Shown one piece after another: positions 40,939-51,493 of a DNA stretch of 64,000 nucleotides (positions are counted from its first letter, which is position 1; every line of letters begins with the position of its first letter). Source of the stretch: Trichormus sp. ATA11-4-KO1 (GTDB lineage: Bacteria; Cyanobacteriota; Cyanobacteriia; Cyanobacteriales; Nostocaceae); the NCBI GenBank assembly GCA_019358915.1, contig JAHHIM010000036.1:1-64000 (forward strand), written 5' to 3'. The notes beneath the pieces are model-generated. The model saw only the letters and a program-made list of their open reading frames with translations. It made no database searches and had not been told where the DNA came from. The translations under genes were made by a program, and so were the position numbers.

Positions 40939-43900
40939 ATGCATCTGCAATCTTTACACGCTCAACACCTTGAGGAATTAGTCAAGAGTAGTAGTATAGA
41001 TTTACACATAACACAACTTAACTTCCAATCTCTCCAAGGTGCATCAGCCTACGAGTATTTATTAATTTCCGAACATCTCCCCCGCACTAACACCGGAATG
41101 GTCAAAAATGGGTGGTTACAGCGCTACACACATGTTACATCTGGCGGTTGGTGGTGTTCTGGACTAGATCCTCTCAATAATTGGCAAGCAATGGAATGGG
41201 GATGCTTTAAACCAAATCAACCCCGAATTAATCACAAAGGTAAGTCTATCAAGTACGAGCATCCCCCCAGCACCCCAACACGGCTATTTTGCCTGCGGGT
41301 AACATGGCAAATTTGGCAGCAAGTCTCGCAACGGTATAATCTAGCCATGCCCAGCAATATCATAGTTAATGCTCATGGAGAAGCTGAGGGCTTTTGGCAA
41401 TGGGTAATGGAACAAAACCTACCCGTGATTATCTGCGAAGGAGTAAAAAAAGCCGGAGCATTATTAACACAAGGATACGCGGCGATCGCCATTCCGGGAA
41501 TTACCAGTGGTTATCGAGTTGTCAAAGATAAATTTGGTAAAGTAACCAGTCGCCAGCTGATTCCAGACTTAGCGGCGTTTACTGTGACAAAGCGCACCTT
41601 TTATATTTGTTTTGATTTTGAAACTCAACCTAAAAAAATTGCGGCTGTCAATAATGCTATTGCTCAGCTTGGTTGTTTATTCCAAAAGCAAAAATGTCCT
41701 GTGAAAGTTATCGAACTCCCAGGGATAGAAAAAGGTGTTGATGAGTTAATTGTTGCTAAAGGTGCAAGTAATTTTGACAAAATTTATCGTCAAAGTGCTG
41801 ATTTAGAAATTTATTTAGCTCAAAGTAAGCCTCATACCGAGTTAACTATTCCGGCTGCACTTACTCTCAATTGTGCTTACTTGGAGAATATCTCTTATCC
41901 CACTGCTGGACTAGTGGGAATAAAATCAGCCAAAGGTACAGGAAAAACTACAGCACTACAATCTATTGTTAACCAAGCTAAAGATTTAAATAGACCAGTA
42001 TTATTAATTACGCACCGCATTCAACTAGGGCGATTTCTCTGCGAAAAAATTGGGATTCGTTGGGGTTTAAATACTAGCGATCGCACAATCATCGCAGATA
42101 AAGATTTACCTATTATCAGCAGTCCATTAAACAATAATAAATCCTTTGGTTTATGTGTTGATTCCATTTGGAAACTTCACCCCCAAGACTGGCAAGGTGC
42201 GATAGTAATTCTAGATGAAGTAGAACAATCTTTATGGCATCTACTCAACAGTAATACTTGTAAACATAAACGCGTCAAAATTCTCAAATTATTTCAGCAA
42301 CTAATTTCCACAGTTTTAACCACAGGAGGATTAGTAATTGCCCAAGATGCTGATTTATCAGATGTATCTTTAGAATATTTACAAGGATTAGCAGGAATTA
42401 AAATAACACCTTGGGTAGTTATTAATCAATGGAAACCAAAACGAGGTTGGGACGTAACTTTTTATGATTCTCCTAACCCCACACCCTTAATTCATCAACT
42501 AGAATTAGATTTAATTGCCGGACGTAAGTGTTATGTTACTACCGATAGCCGCTCAGGGCGTTATAGTTGTGAAACAATTGAAGGCTATCTCAAAGATCGT
42601 TTAGAAACATTACGACAGCAATTTCCTACATCCCTAGTAATTAGTAGTCGCACGACTAACACACCTGGTCATCCAGCAGTTGATTTTGTTGGAGCAATTA
42701 ATCAAAAAATTACCGAATATAACACTATTTTCGTTACTCCCAGTTTGGGTACAGGAATTAGTATTGATGTCCAACACTTCGACCGAGTTTATGGTATTTT
42801 TCAAGGAGTCATACCTGACTCAGAAGCACGACAAGCATTAGCCAGAGTCCGAGATGACGTACCGCGTATCGTCTGGTGTGCTAAACGAGGAATTGGCTTA
42901 ATTGGTAGTGGCAGTACAAATTATCGATTATTATCTGATTGGTATCAAGAAAATCAAAAAGAGAATTTAGCCTTACTCAGTCCCTTACATAAAATAGATG
43001 TAGACTTACCCTTAGTTTATGACCCAATTCACTTACGCACTTGGGCAAAATTATCATCCAGAGTTAACGCCTCTATTCGTCTTTACCGCCAATCAATGCA
43101 AGATGGTTTAATAGCGGATGGTCATCAAATTTGGCTAAGAAGTAATGCTGTTCATAATAATATCATTCGAGATTTACGCCTAGCCTTTTTAGCAACTGAT
43201 CCTAAGGATTTAGCTAACCGTAAAAGGTTGATTTTAGAAATAATTAAAGTGCAAAAAGATTGGGCAGAAAAGCGCCAAAAAGCCAAAGAAATTAAATACC
43301 AAATCAGAGATATTAAGCAGCAACATCAACTCTCAGCAGCAACGGCTGTAGCTCATGCCAAGGATATTGATTATGTAGAATATGAACAACTAGCAAATAA
43401 ACATTCTCTCTCGGAAGTAGAACGTAACCAAATTGATAAATATCACCTCAGACAAAGGTATGGTATTACAGTTACACCCTTACTCAAGTTGCAGGATGAT
43501 AAAGGATATTATTTCCAATTGCTGATTCACTATTATCTCACCCATGAAAGTGAGTATTTTCATATCCGAGACCAGCAAGAATGGCATCAACAGTTATTTT
43601 GGGGTGATGGTCAAGTTTTTCTGCCAGATTTAAAAACTTACACCTGTAAAGTTGAAGCCATGAGAGCCTTAGGAATGCTACAGTTCCTGGAGCTAGAAAG
43701 AGAATTTACAGAACATGATTCTGATTTAATCTGGTTAAAAGATGTAGTATTTCAACATAGTAGACATATCAAAAGATTACTCGGTATTGATTTAATTAAG
43801 GGAAAAGAAAATATTTCAGCAATCAAAATCCTGAGCCGACTGTTAAATTTATTGGGTTTGAAATTGCAACGGATAAATGAGGGTTATCAAATAGACCCTG

Positions 43901-44061
43901 AAACCTTCTATGATGGTAGAGAAAAAATATTTGCAGTTTGGCACCAACGAGATGAATTAATGTTAGCTAGTGTAGATAACTTCCGAGGCGAAAAAGCTGA
44001 TTATTCAGCAGAATGGCAGTTTGTTACTAGGCAAACTAACTATGTTAGCGTAAACGATTGA
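40939..44061 (+). CDS. CyRepA1-family replication protein (DUF3854/Toprim-like + origin-binding SF2-like helicase)
   Basis: IKYEHP, ICEGVKKAGALL, ICFDFE and KGVDE motifs; Walker A KSAKGTGKT, LDEVEQ, TPSLGTGISID and QALARVR. Confidence 0.85.
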   Translation: MHLQSLHAQHLEELVKSSSIDLHITQLNFQSLQGASAYEYLLISEHLPRTNTGMVKNGWLQRYTHVTSGGWWCSGLDPLNNWQAMEWGCFKPNQPRINHKGKSIKYEHPPSTPTRLFCLRVTWQIWQQVSQRYNLAMPSNIIVNAHGEAEGFWQWVMEQNLPVIICEGVKKAGALLTQGYAAIAIPGITSGYRVVKDKFGKVTSRQLIPDLAAFTVTKRTFYICFDFETQPKKIAAVNNAIAQLGCLFQKQKCPVKVIELPGIEKGVDELIVAKGASNFDKIYRQSADLEIYLAQSKPHTELTIPAALTLNCAYLENISYPTAGLVGIKSAKGTGKTTALQSIVNQAKDLNRPVLLITHRIQLGRFLCEKIGIRWGLNTSDRTIIADKDLPIISSPLNNNKSFGLCVDSIWKLHPQDWQGAIVILDEVEQSLWHLLNSNTCKHKRVKILKLFQQLISTVLTTGGLVIAQDADLSDVSLEYLQGLAGIKITPWVVINQWKPKRGWDVTFYDSPNPTPLIHQLELDLIAGRKCYVTTDSRSGRYSCETIEGYLKDRLETLRQQFPTSLVISSRTTNTPGHPAVDFVGAINQKITEYNTIFVTPSLGTGISIDVQHFDRVYGIFQGVIPDSEARQALARVRDDVPRIVWCAKRGIGLIGSGSTNYRLLSDWYQENQKENLALLSPLHKIDVDLPLVYDPIHLRTWAKLSSRVNASIRLYRQSMQDGLIADGHQIWLRSNAVHNNIIRDLRLAFLATDPKDLANRKRLILEIIKVQKDWAEKRQKAKEIKYQIRDIKQQHQLSAATAVAHAKDIDYVEYEQLANKHSLSEVERNQIDKYHLRQRYGITVTPLLKLQDDKGYYFQLLIHYYLTHESEYFHIRDQQEWHQQLFWGDGQVFLPDLKTYTCKVEAMRALGMLQFLELEREFTEHDSDLIWLKDVVFQHSRHIKRLLGIDLIKGKENISAIKILSRLLNLLGLKLQRINEGYQIDPETFYDGREKIFAVWHQRDELMLASVDNFRGEKADYSAEWQFVTRQTNYVSVND

Positions 44062-44185
44062 AACTTTGTATGTAGTGAGGACTTTAGTCCTCTCTTCTTC
44101 CTTCTTACCTAGAGTGATTATGACCACGCCAACAAATTCACTAATGGCAGGAAAATCATCCTAAAAAACTTCAGAAAGTTTTTTA

Positions 44186-45238
44186 TTAAGCAACTTGAAA
44201 ATTCGTTGCTTCGTCCATAGGTTCATAACTATGATTTAACTGCTCAATTCCCTGATTAATTAAATCCAATCCTTGCTGCACTGTTTCAATCAAACTTAAC
44301 TGTCCCCGCAAATCAGCAGCACCAACGAAACCTTTAGCATACCAAGTCATGTGCTTACGGGCTTGACGGACACCGCGATCGCCTTTATATTCCCATAAGG
44401 CTTGTAGATGATCTCTGGCACATTCCAAGCGTTGAATCGGGGTTGGTGGTGGTAATATTTCCCCGGTTTTCAAGAAGTGATCAATTTCTCCCACCAAAAA
44501 GGGATAACCTAAAGTTCCCCTAGAACACATCACACCATCAGCGTTTGTTTGTTCTAAACATTTCACCGCCGCTTCCACAGAAAAAATATCGCCATTACCA
44601 ATTACCGGAATCGAAAGTATTTCCTTAACACGGGCTATCCATTCCCAACGGGCATTACCATTGTATCCTTGGGCGCGAGTGCGTCCATGTACTGTAATCA
44701 TTTTTGCCCCTGCATCTTCCATCCGCTTGGCAAAGTCAAGAATCGTGATTTCCTTATCATTCCAGCCAATGCGGGTTTTGACTGTAACTGGTACATCAAC
44801 GGCTTTCACTACTTCCCGCACAATTGCTTCAGCAACTTCTGGCTGTCGCAATAAAGAGGAACCGCCCCCGTTTTTGGTAATTTTATTTACCGGGCAACCC
44901 ATATTAATATCTACAGTATCAGCACCTTCAGCAACCGCCTTAATTGCTGCTTCTGCCAAAAAATCAGGACGACAGTCAAATAATTGAATACTGATTGGTT
45001 GTTCTTGGGGGTCTACCTCCATAATTTTGGGTAACTCTTTCACATAGTGCAACCCCGTAGCATTTACCATTTCGGTATACAACATTGAATCTGGTGCATA
45101 GCGACGCACCAGACGACGAAAAACCATATCTGTCACCCCAGATAAAGGTGACTGAAGCACTCGGCTTTTGACCTCAAATGAACCGATTTTTAGAGGTTGG
45201 GATAGTCTAGCTTTTAAAGTAGGAGATAGTGTAACCAT
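44186..45238 (-). CDS. dusB: tRNA-dihydrouridine synthase B
   Basis: QSPLSGVTD, DINMGCP, VHGRTRAQ and GNGDI motifs. Confidence 0.95.
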   Translation of the reverse strand: MVTLSPTLKARLSQPLKIGSFEVKSRVLQSPLSGVTDMVFRRLVRRYAPDSMLYTEMVNATGLHYVKELPKIMEVDPQEQPISIQLFDCRPDFLAEAAIKAVAEGADTVDINMGCPVNKITKNGGGSSLLRQPEVAEAIVREVVKAVDVPVTVKTRIGWNDKEITILDFAKRMEDAGAKMITVHGRTRAQGYNGNARWEWIARVKEILSIPVIGNGDIFSVEAAVKCLEQTNADGVMCSRGTLGYPFLVGEIDHFLKTGEILPPPTPIQRLECARDHLQALWEYKGDRGVRQARKHMTWYAKGFVGAADLRGQLSLIETVQQGLDLINQGIEQLNHSYEPMDEATNFQVA

Positions 45239-45312
45239 AGAACTTAAAATTGTGGGAATTAAAAATGATAGGACTTACGCATAGGTCGCAGAATAACAAA
45301 CCACAAAGAACG

Positions 45313-45621
45313 CTAAGTACACGTTCGCGTAGCGTCTCGTAAAGAATTTTGAGGTTGATTTTGACGCAAGTATAAACAGATTTCTGAAAATAAGCGTGCA
45401 TAAATTGCTGCATCGGTTTGAAACTGGACTTCGACAAAGTAAATTAGGTTTTGCTCTCCTTGTGTCGGGAGAAAAACACCATCTATCCGAAATGCAGTTT
45501 GCTTGATTTCGATGGAGGAGAATTGATAAGCCTCTGCGGTTTGGGGTGAGTTACCAATTAATTCAAAAAATACACCAGGAAATTCTTGAAAAAGGCGATA
45601 AAAGATGCTGTCTGTCTTCAC
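45313..45621 (-). pseudogene. 3'-truncated Rpn/DUF2887 gene
   Basis: The first ~93 aa are homologous to 24118-24924; the frame then runs into a dispersed repeat (TTCGCGTAGCGTCTC) and stops. Confidence 0.8.
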
Positions 45622-45703
45622 TCTCGATGCAGTGCTGAGATTTTAATTGTAAATATTTTATCATCTAGTAGACAAGTACTTTGATGGTGCAATCAGGTTA
45701 AAA

Positions 45704-45961
45704 TTATTCACATTCCATCAGAATATTAGTACCTATTGGTGTCAAGTCCCAGCTATCTCGTGGTGAACCAGTCTGTATGTGTCTTATTACTAAACCCTTA
45801 GCCACCATATTCTTGAGTACAACCATCATGTCAGGTTCTCTTGGTACGTCTAGGCGAGAAAGAGAATTGGCTAGTTCATACCAACTAAAATTCCCCTGTC
45901 CTTTGGCAACTAATTTGAGAAGTACTAACTCTAGTTGAGTTAATTGGATTGAGTTTTTCAT
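45704..45961 (-). CDS. Small winged-helix-like protein (85 aa), possible immunity/partner protein
   Basis: GGAGG RBS before ATG 45961; LKNMVAKGLV..WDLTPIG wHTH pattern. Confidence 0.65.
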   Translation of the reverse strand: MKNSIQLTQLELVLLKLVAKGQGNFSWYELANSLSRLDVPREPDMMVVLKNMVAKGLVIRHIQTGSPRDSWDLTPIGTNILMECE

Positions 45962-46092
45962 AAATATTCCTCCCATATACAATTGTAAGAGGATTTGATT
46001 AAGTTTAAAAAATAGTGGGCTTTTAGCATTTAGATCAAGGTTTTAGACAACGGTTAAAATCTTTACCTAAATGCTTACACCCTAGAAAAGAA

Positions 46093-46500
46093 TCATTTTA
46101 CAAAAATTTTTCTAAATAAAACACCTGGCCCTTCCTTTAGCCCATAATCCTCTAGTGTTGCTGTGTGAACATTATTCCAGAGTTCATAAGCTGCATCTGG
46201 ATCATCTGGTTGTCCACTTGGATATCTGAGTTTTTTATACCTCAAGTATTCCCGTAGCTCATGAGTATAGAAACGGAGGTCTACTGCTTCGGCTACAAGT
46301 TCATCTGCTGCAATTTTTCTTAATCTCTCTACCATTTTCATCTCTTCATGACCAACCGGATTAAATCTACGAATATGAGCTTCAACAATATCAGTGCCTT
46401 TGCCTGTAATCTTGACTTTTGTATAGGAGAGACCAAGAATTTTGCCCCCCGCTTTTGATGCATCGAAGGGTCTGCCACTAATAGCACCTTTTTCCAGCAT
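46093..46500 (-). CDS. Stand-alone polymorphic-toxin-like C-terminal domain
   Basis: SGRPFD..KAGG, RFYTHELRE and WNNVHTATLEDY motifs, recalled from C-termini of S-type pyocin/RHS-like proteins. Confidence 0.6.
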   Translation of the reverse strand: MLEKGAISGRPFDASKAGGKILGLSYTKVKITGKGTDIVEAHIRRFNPVGHEEMKMVERLRKIAADELVAEAVDLRFYTHELREYLRYKKLRYPSGQPDDPDAAYELWNNVHTATLEDYGLKEGPGVLFRKIFVK

Positions 46501-46887
46501 TTAAAATATATTTTTAAGTTAAGTTACGTATAAATACTAAATAATAAATTTAAAAAACTAATATTTTCAGAATAAGGGAATTTTTAATGGTATAGTAATA
46601 TTTTTTGATATTTTATTAGCTTTTTCCATAAACACACTGCTAGTGAAAAAATATCTTTAGATGCTGTAGTGGAATTAAGTAGGATTAACTATGATAATTG
46701 CCCCTTTACTTATCTCTACTTAACTATAAGTTCTCTATAATTCGTTCAAAGACGGCAAACACCACTTTGAGATTACGGTTCACCCTAATTACTGAAAGTA
46801 TTAATTCTCATACATTAGACAGAGTGAAAGCAAATTGCTCAATGAACCGACTAAATACATCCTTTAAAAATAACCGTCCCATCAAAG

Positions 46888-46903
46888 GTTCGGGAAACCA
46901 CCC
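46888..46903 (+). promoter_or_regulatory. K-box upstream of dnaK2
   Basis: GTTCGG-GAAA-CCACCC versus the consensus GTTCGG-NNAN-CCNNAC (one mismatch). Confidence 0.6.
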
Positions 46904-47088
46904 TTCATGGACTGGCTATCACTGAGCTTCAGTATATATATCAGCATGACTTGAGGTTTTAACCTTAAGAAAGCCGAACCAAAGGTTGTTGATGCTGAAT
47001 TGACTGCTGTTTTCAACCAGTTGGTTCGAGATTTAGTCTCTTATAATCCCATTCATTCATTTGTAGTTATACGGAGCCAGCACTTAAA

Positions 47089-48990
47089 ATGGCAAAAGTA
47101 GTTGGAATTGACTTAGGTACAACGAACTCCTGCGTAGCAGTGATGGAAGGTGGTAAACCCACAGTTATTGCTAACGCGGAAGGTTTTCGGACAACACCAT
47201 CAGTAGTAGCATTTGCCAAAAATGGCGATCGCTTGGTTGGTCAAATCGCCAAACGTCAAGCGGTGATGAACCCCGAAAATACGTTTTACTCTGTCAAACG
47301 CTTCATAGGACGGCGCTATGACGAAGTAACCAAAGAAACAACAGAAGTTTCTTATAAAGTACTGAGTAGCGGCGGTAACGTTAAGTTAGACTCTCCAGGC
47401 GCTGGCAAGCAATTTGCTCCCGAAGAAATTTCTGCTCAAGTTCTCCGCAAACTGGTTGAAGATGCCAGCAAATATCTGGGTGAAACTGTTACCCAAGCTG
47501 TAATCACAGTTCCAGCTTACTTCAATGACTCCCAGCGACAAGCTACAAAAGACGCTGGTAAAATTGCCGGGATTGAAGTACTACGGATTATCAACGAACC
47601 TACAGCCGCATCTCTGGCTTATGGCTTTGATAAGAAGAGTAATGAAACCATCCTCGTATTTGACCTTGGTGGTGGTACCTTCGACGTATCCATCCTCGAA
47701 GTAGGCGATGGTGTATTTGAAGTACTAGCTACATCCGGTGATACCCACCTCGGCGGTGACGACTTCGATAAAAAAATCGTTGACTTCTTAGCCGAACAAT
47801 TCAAATCAGACGAAGGTATTGACCTGCGCAAAGACAGACAAGCGCTGCAACGTCTGACTGAAGCCGCAGAAAAAGCCAAAATTGAGCTTTCCAGCGTTAC
47901 CCAAGCAGAAATTAACCTGCCATTTATCACTGCTACCCAGGACGGGCCTAAGCACCTGGATACAACTTTAACTCGCGCTAAGTTTGAAGAACTCTGCTCT
48001 GATTTAATTGACCGTTGCCGTATCCCTGTGGAGAATGCACTCCGGGATGCCAAGTTAAGCAAAGGCGATATTGATGAAGTTGTACTAGTTGGTGGTTCTA
48101 CCCGGATTCCCGCAGTCCAACAGGTAGTGAAGCAGGTACTGGGTAAAGATCCTAACCAAAGCGTTAACCCCGATGAAGTCGTGGCAGTTGGTGCAGCTAT
48201 TCAAGCTGGTGTACTAGCTGGTGATGTTACAGGCATCTTACTATTAGACGTGTCACCATTGTCCTTAGGTGTAGAAACCTTAGGTGGTGTGATGACCAAA
48301 ATTATCCCCCGTAACACCACAATTCCCACCAAAAAATCAGAAGTCTTCTCCACCGCCGTGGATGGTCAAACCAACGTGGAAATTCATGTCCTCCAAGGTG
48401 AACGGGAATTCTCCAACGATAACAAGAGTTTAGGAACCTTCCGTCTGGATGGTATTCCTCCTGCACCACGCGGTGTACCCCAAATTGAAGTTACCTTTGA
48501 CATTGACGCCAATGGTATCCTCAATGTCACCGCGAAAGACAAAGGCACTGGTAAAGAACAGTCTATTAGCATTACTGGCGCGTCTACCTTGGATAAATCC
48601 GACGTTGACCGGATGGTGAAAGAAGCAGAACAAAACGCTTCTGCTGACAAAGAACGTCGTGAGAAAATTGAGCGCAAGAACCAAGCCGATTCTTTGGCAT
48701 ACCAAGCTGAGAAGCAGTTGCAAGAATTAGGTGATAAAGTTCCTGAAGCTGACAAAACCAAGGTTGAAGGTTTGGTGAAAGACCTGCGGGAAGCCGTTGC
48801 TCAGGAAGACGACGAGCAAATTAAGAAACTGACCCCAGAATTACAACAAGCACTCTTCGCCGTTGGTAGCAACATCTATCAGCAAGCTGGTGGTGATGCT
48901 GCGGCTGGTGCTGCACCTCAAGATGGTGGCCCCACTCCTCCTAGTGGCGGTGATGATGTGATTGATGCTGATTTCACTGAAAGCAAGTAA
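47089..48990 (+). CDS. dnaK: Molecular chaperone DnaK (DnaK2 type)
   Basis: [17 protein letters not shown] and DLGGGTFD motifs; C-terminal DDVIDADF. Confidence 0.99.
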   Translation: MAKVVGIDLGTTNSCVAVMEGGKPTVIANAEGFRTTPSVVAFAKNGDRLVGQIAKRQAVMNPENTFYSVKRFIGRRYDEVTKETTEVSYKVLSSGGNVKLDSPGAGKQFAPEEISAQVLRKLVEDASKYLGETVTQAVITVPAYFNDSQRQATKDAGKIAGIEVLRIINEPTAASLAYGFDKKSNETILVFDLGGGTFDVSILEVGDGVFEVLATSGDTHLGGDDFDKKIVDFLAEQFKSDEGIDLRKDRQALQRLTEAAEKAKIELSSVTQAEINLPFITATQDGPKHLDTTLTRAKFEELCSDLIDRCRIPVENALRDAKLSKGDIDEVVLVGGSTRIPAVQQVVKQVLGKDPNQSVNPDEVVAVGAAIQAGVLAGDVTGILLLDVSPLSLGVETLGGVMTKIIPRNTTIPTKKSEVFSTAVDGQTNVEIHVLQGEREFSNDNKSLGTFRLDGIPPAPRGVPQIEVTFDIDANGILNVTAKDKGTGKEQSISITGASTLDKSDVDRMVKEAEQNASADKERREKIERKNQADSLAYQAEKQLQELGDKVPEADKTKVEGLVKDLREAVAQEDDEQIKKLTPELQQALFAVGSNIYQQAGGDAAAGAAPQDGGPTPPSGGDDVIDADFTESK

Positions 48991-49020
48991 TTTCTAACTT
49001 GTCCCTAATTTCAGATTTTT

Positions 49021-49057
49021 ACCCATCCAAGCTAATGCCTGGGTGGGAATTTTTTTA
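49021..49057 (+). terminator. Intrinsic terminator after dnaK
   Basis: CCCATCCA..TGGGTGGG stem plus a T-run. Confidence 0.7.
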
Positions 49058-49237
49058 TTAATATCTTTATGAGTAATTATGACTCACCTTAGATTCTAAT
49101 AAAATTATTTATACTAATGCTCCAGTATTATTGCTCTAATGCTTAATTGACACTTTAGAAAGAGGAGGAACAAGTTTTAAAGTTTTACGATTATGGCAGA
49201 GAATTATCATTTGTGATACATCAAAACAACCAGAACC

Positions 49238-49696
49238 ATGAGACTACTAAGTGATAGCTTTTCTACCGATGGCATGATTCCCACCAAATTTTCCTGTGAA
49301 GGAGAAGGAATTTCTCCTTCATTAAAGTGGGAAGATCCTCCTATAGAGACGCAAAGTTTTGCTCTAATTGTCGATGACCCAGATGCACCAAATAGAACCT
49401 TTGTTCATTGGCTTCTCTATGATTTACCTCGCCAAACCAACAATTTACCAGAAGCAATTCCCACTACACCAATGCTAGAGGGAAGTGGTATTCAGGGTAA
49501 AAATGATGCAGACCAATTCGGTTATTTTCCTCCCTGTCCACCGAATGGAATTCATCGTTACTTTTTTAAACTTTATGCTCTTGATGGGCTTTTAGGACTA
49601 GACTTTGGTGCTACCAAAGAAGAATTAGAAGCTGCAATGTCAGGTCATATTTTAGCGAAAACAGAATTAATTGGACGTTATCAAAAGCATCGTTAA
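49238..49696 (+). CDS. YbhB/YbcL (PEBP/Raf kinase inhibitor-like) protein
   Basis: DDPDAP, FVHW and PPCPP..HRYFFKLYALD motifs. Confidence 0.93.
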   Translation: MRLLSDSFSTDGMIPTKFSCEGEGISPSLKWEDPPIETQSFALIVDDPDAPNRTFVHWLLYDLPRQTNNLPEAIPTTPMLEGSGIQGKNDADQFGYFPPCPPNGIHRYFFKLYALDGLLGLDFGATKEELEAAMSGHILAKTELIGRYQKHR

Positions 49697-49787
49697 AAAA
49701 GGCACAATGCAAATGTCAGGTCATATTTTAGCGAAAACAGAATTAATTGGACGTTATCAAAAGCATCGTTAAAAAAGGCACAATGCA
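49636..49787 (+). repeat. Perfect 76-bp tandem duplication spanning the ybhB-like stop codon
   Basis: 49636-49711 is identical to 49712-49787. Confidence 0.9.
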
Positions 49788-49875
49788 GAAGCAAGTTTGA
49801 ATGAGAAGATTTTACCTCCACACCAGTAAATATGGCTACGCGACGCAAGCTATCAGGAATTAAAGCGGATTCTAT

Positions 49876-50547
49876 ATGCCTTATCCCTCAGCACCTTGGA
49901 CACTTGTCGGCGAAGCTATGCAAACTCTGCATTTAGTGAATATTGACCAGGTGCGTTCACCTACGGTGGGGCGTAGCCTATCGCTTGTGCCGCCAGAGTT
50001 AAATATTATTTCTGTATGGCCTGGTAAAACTCTCGGTGGTATTTATTTATCTCAATATAAATCAGGCTCAGTGCTGCAATACAATGAGTTAATTGTGGTG
50101 TCGGCTCTGGTATTTTATCAAGGTAAAATAGGAGTCTGGATTTCTCATATTTATGTAGATAATGCTGATTCTGTCGCTGGTGGTCGGGAAATTTGGGGAC
50201 TACCAAAAGAACTAGCTGATTTTACCTGGGAAGAAAAACGTGTGACTGTTCGGCAAGGCGATGTCTCCGACGGGCTGCGCCTACGCCTGCTGTGTCGTCT
50301 CAATTACAATCAGCAAAATTTAGCATGGCGACAAAAATTAGGCACTTCTGCTTTCAGTGTAATGGATCATAATTTGCTGACATTCCATGCTGAAATTGAT
50401 GCTCGTTTGGGTTTTGTAGGTGCCAATTTAGACATTTCTGCTGAAAGTCCTTTTGCTGGCATAAATTTAAGTCAGCCTTTTGCCACCGTGCGTTGTGAGC
50501 AAATGAAGTTATTAGTTGATGCGCCAAAAGTTAGAGGATTTATATAA
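49876..50547 (+). CDS. Acetoacetate decarboxylase family protein
   Basis: YPSAPWTL, YNELIV and IYVD..SVAGGREIWGLPKELA motifs. Confidence 0.88.
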   Translation: MPYPSAPWTLVGEAMQTLHLVNIDQVRSPTVGRSLSLVPPELNIISVWPGKTLGGIYLSQYKSGSVLQYNELIVVSALVFYQGKIGVWISHIYVDNADSVAGGREIWGLPKELADFTWEEKRVTVRQGDVSDGLRLRLLCRLNYNQQNLAWRQKLGTSAFSVMDHNLLTFHAEIDARLGFVGANLDISAESPFAGINLSQPFATVRCEQMKLLVDAPKVRGFI

Positions 50548-50555
50548 ACCTTTAA

Positions 50556-51005
50556 TTAACTAGATATAGTTGCCTGTAACTGACTCTCTAAATTTGCACG
50601 TAAGCACAAGTCTGATATCGACCAAACCCAAAACTGATATGCCACCTCTGCAAAATCTTCCTGTTTATGGGTGACAATTGCATCCAGTTTCCAATAGCTG
50701 ACACAGGATGATTCTACAGCAGATTCAAAATCCTTCAGAGATAATGAGCGTGCTTTTTGCAGAATATGCTGGTCAACATGACAAATCTGTATTTTTGCTT
50801 GTAACCAATAGACTACTATCTCCGCAATTTTAATATTTTTTAAGCGACTGGCATAAGTATAAATTTTGTGCCAGCCAACATCTGTGATGTGCATCTGAAT
50901 TAATGGATGTACACCGTCCAACAATTCCTTAACATCTTCGGTAAATTCTTGACGATTCATCAAAGCTTCTAATATTAAATCAGCATCAAATAAAATTTTG
51001 ATCAC
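50556..51005 (-). CDS. PIN domain-containing protein
   Basis: ILFDADLILE..DFESAVE..DAIVTHKQEDF PIN pattern. Confidence 0.8.
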   Translation of the reverse strand: MIKILFDADLILEALMNRQEFTEDVKELLDGVHPLIQMHITDVGWHKIYTYASRLKNIKIAEIVVYWLQAKIQICHVDQHILQKARSLSLKDFESAVESSCVSYWKLDAIVTHKQEDFAEVAYQFWVWSISDLCLRANLESQLQATISS

Positions 51006-51380
51006 TTTTAACTCCCCTTATGAAATGCTAAATGTAGCGTCAGAAAATAGCTAATACGTATTTAATTTACATCCCTGAATCTGGGATTTTTAGGCGGTGT
51101 TTATTGGTTTGAAATTTAACCAGTAACCACTGAGATTTAAAAATATAAGATGCAAATATGACTACGCATTAGCTATCTCAAGTAGGTATGGACGTAATTT
51201 AGATACACCCTGAACTAGCAAGATTTCAGATATAGTGCCAAATTTTGGTAACTCTAAAGATTTTGGCAGAATAATAATAGGCTTTAACATTACCCTATCT
51301 GAGGCAGACTAGAAGCTCAAGAATAAGTTAAGATGACGGTAAATTATTTGTGATAGTTCCAATTTCGTTACCGATTGCGG

Positions 51381-51493
51381 GGCATTGCATAAATGCGGGA
51401 TGAATTGGGATGATTTGCCAAGAATGAACTTAGATTCTTTGCGCCTTTGCGCCTTTGCGTGAAACAAAATTCATCCCGTTAATCAGCAACGCC
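51381..51493. mobile_element. MITE with 9-bp target-site duplication
   Basis: TIRs GGCATTGCATAAATGCGGGATGAATT / AATTCATCCCGTTAATCAGCAACGCC; CGATTGCGG at 51372-51380 and 51494-51502. Confidence 0.8.

Noticed and set aside
47619..48761. Long antisense ORFs within dnaK (and likewise within ftsH)
   Set aside because: A common codon-bias artefact of highly expressed genes.
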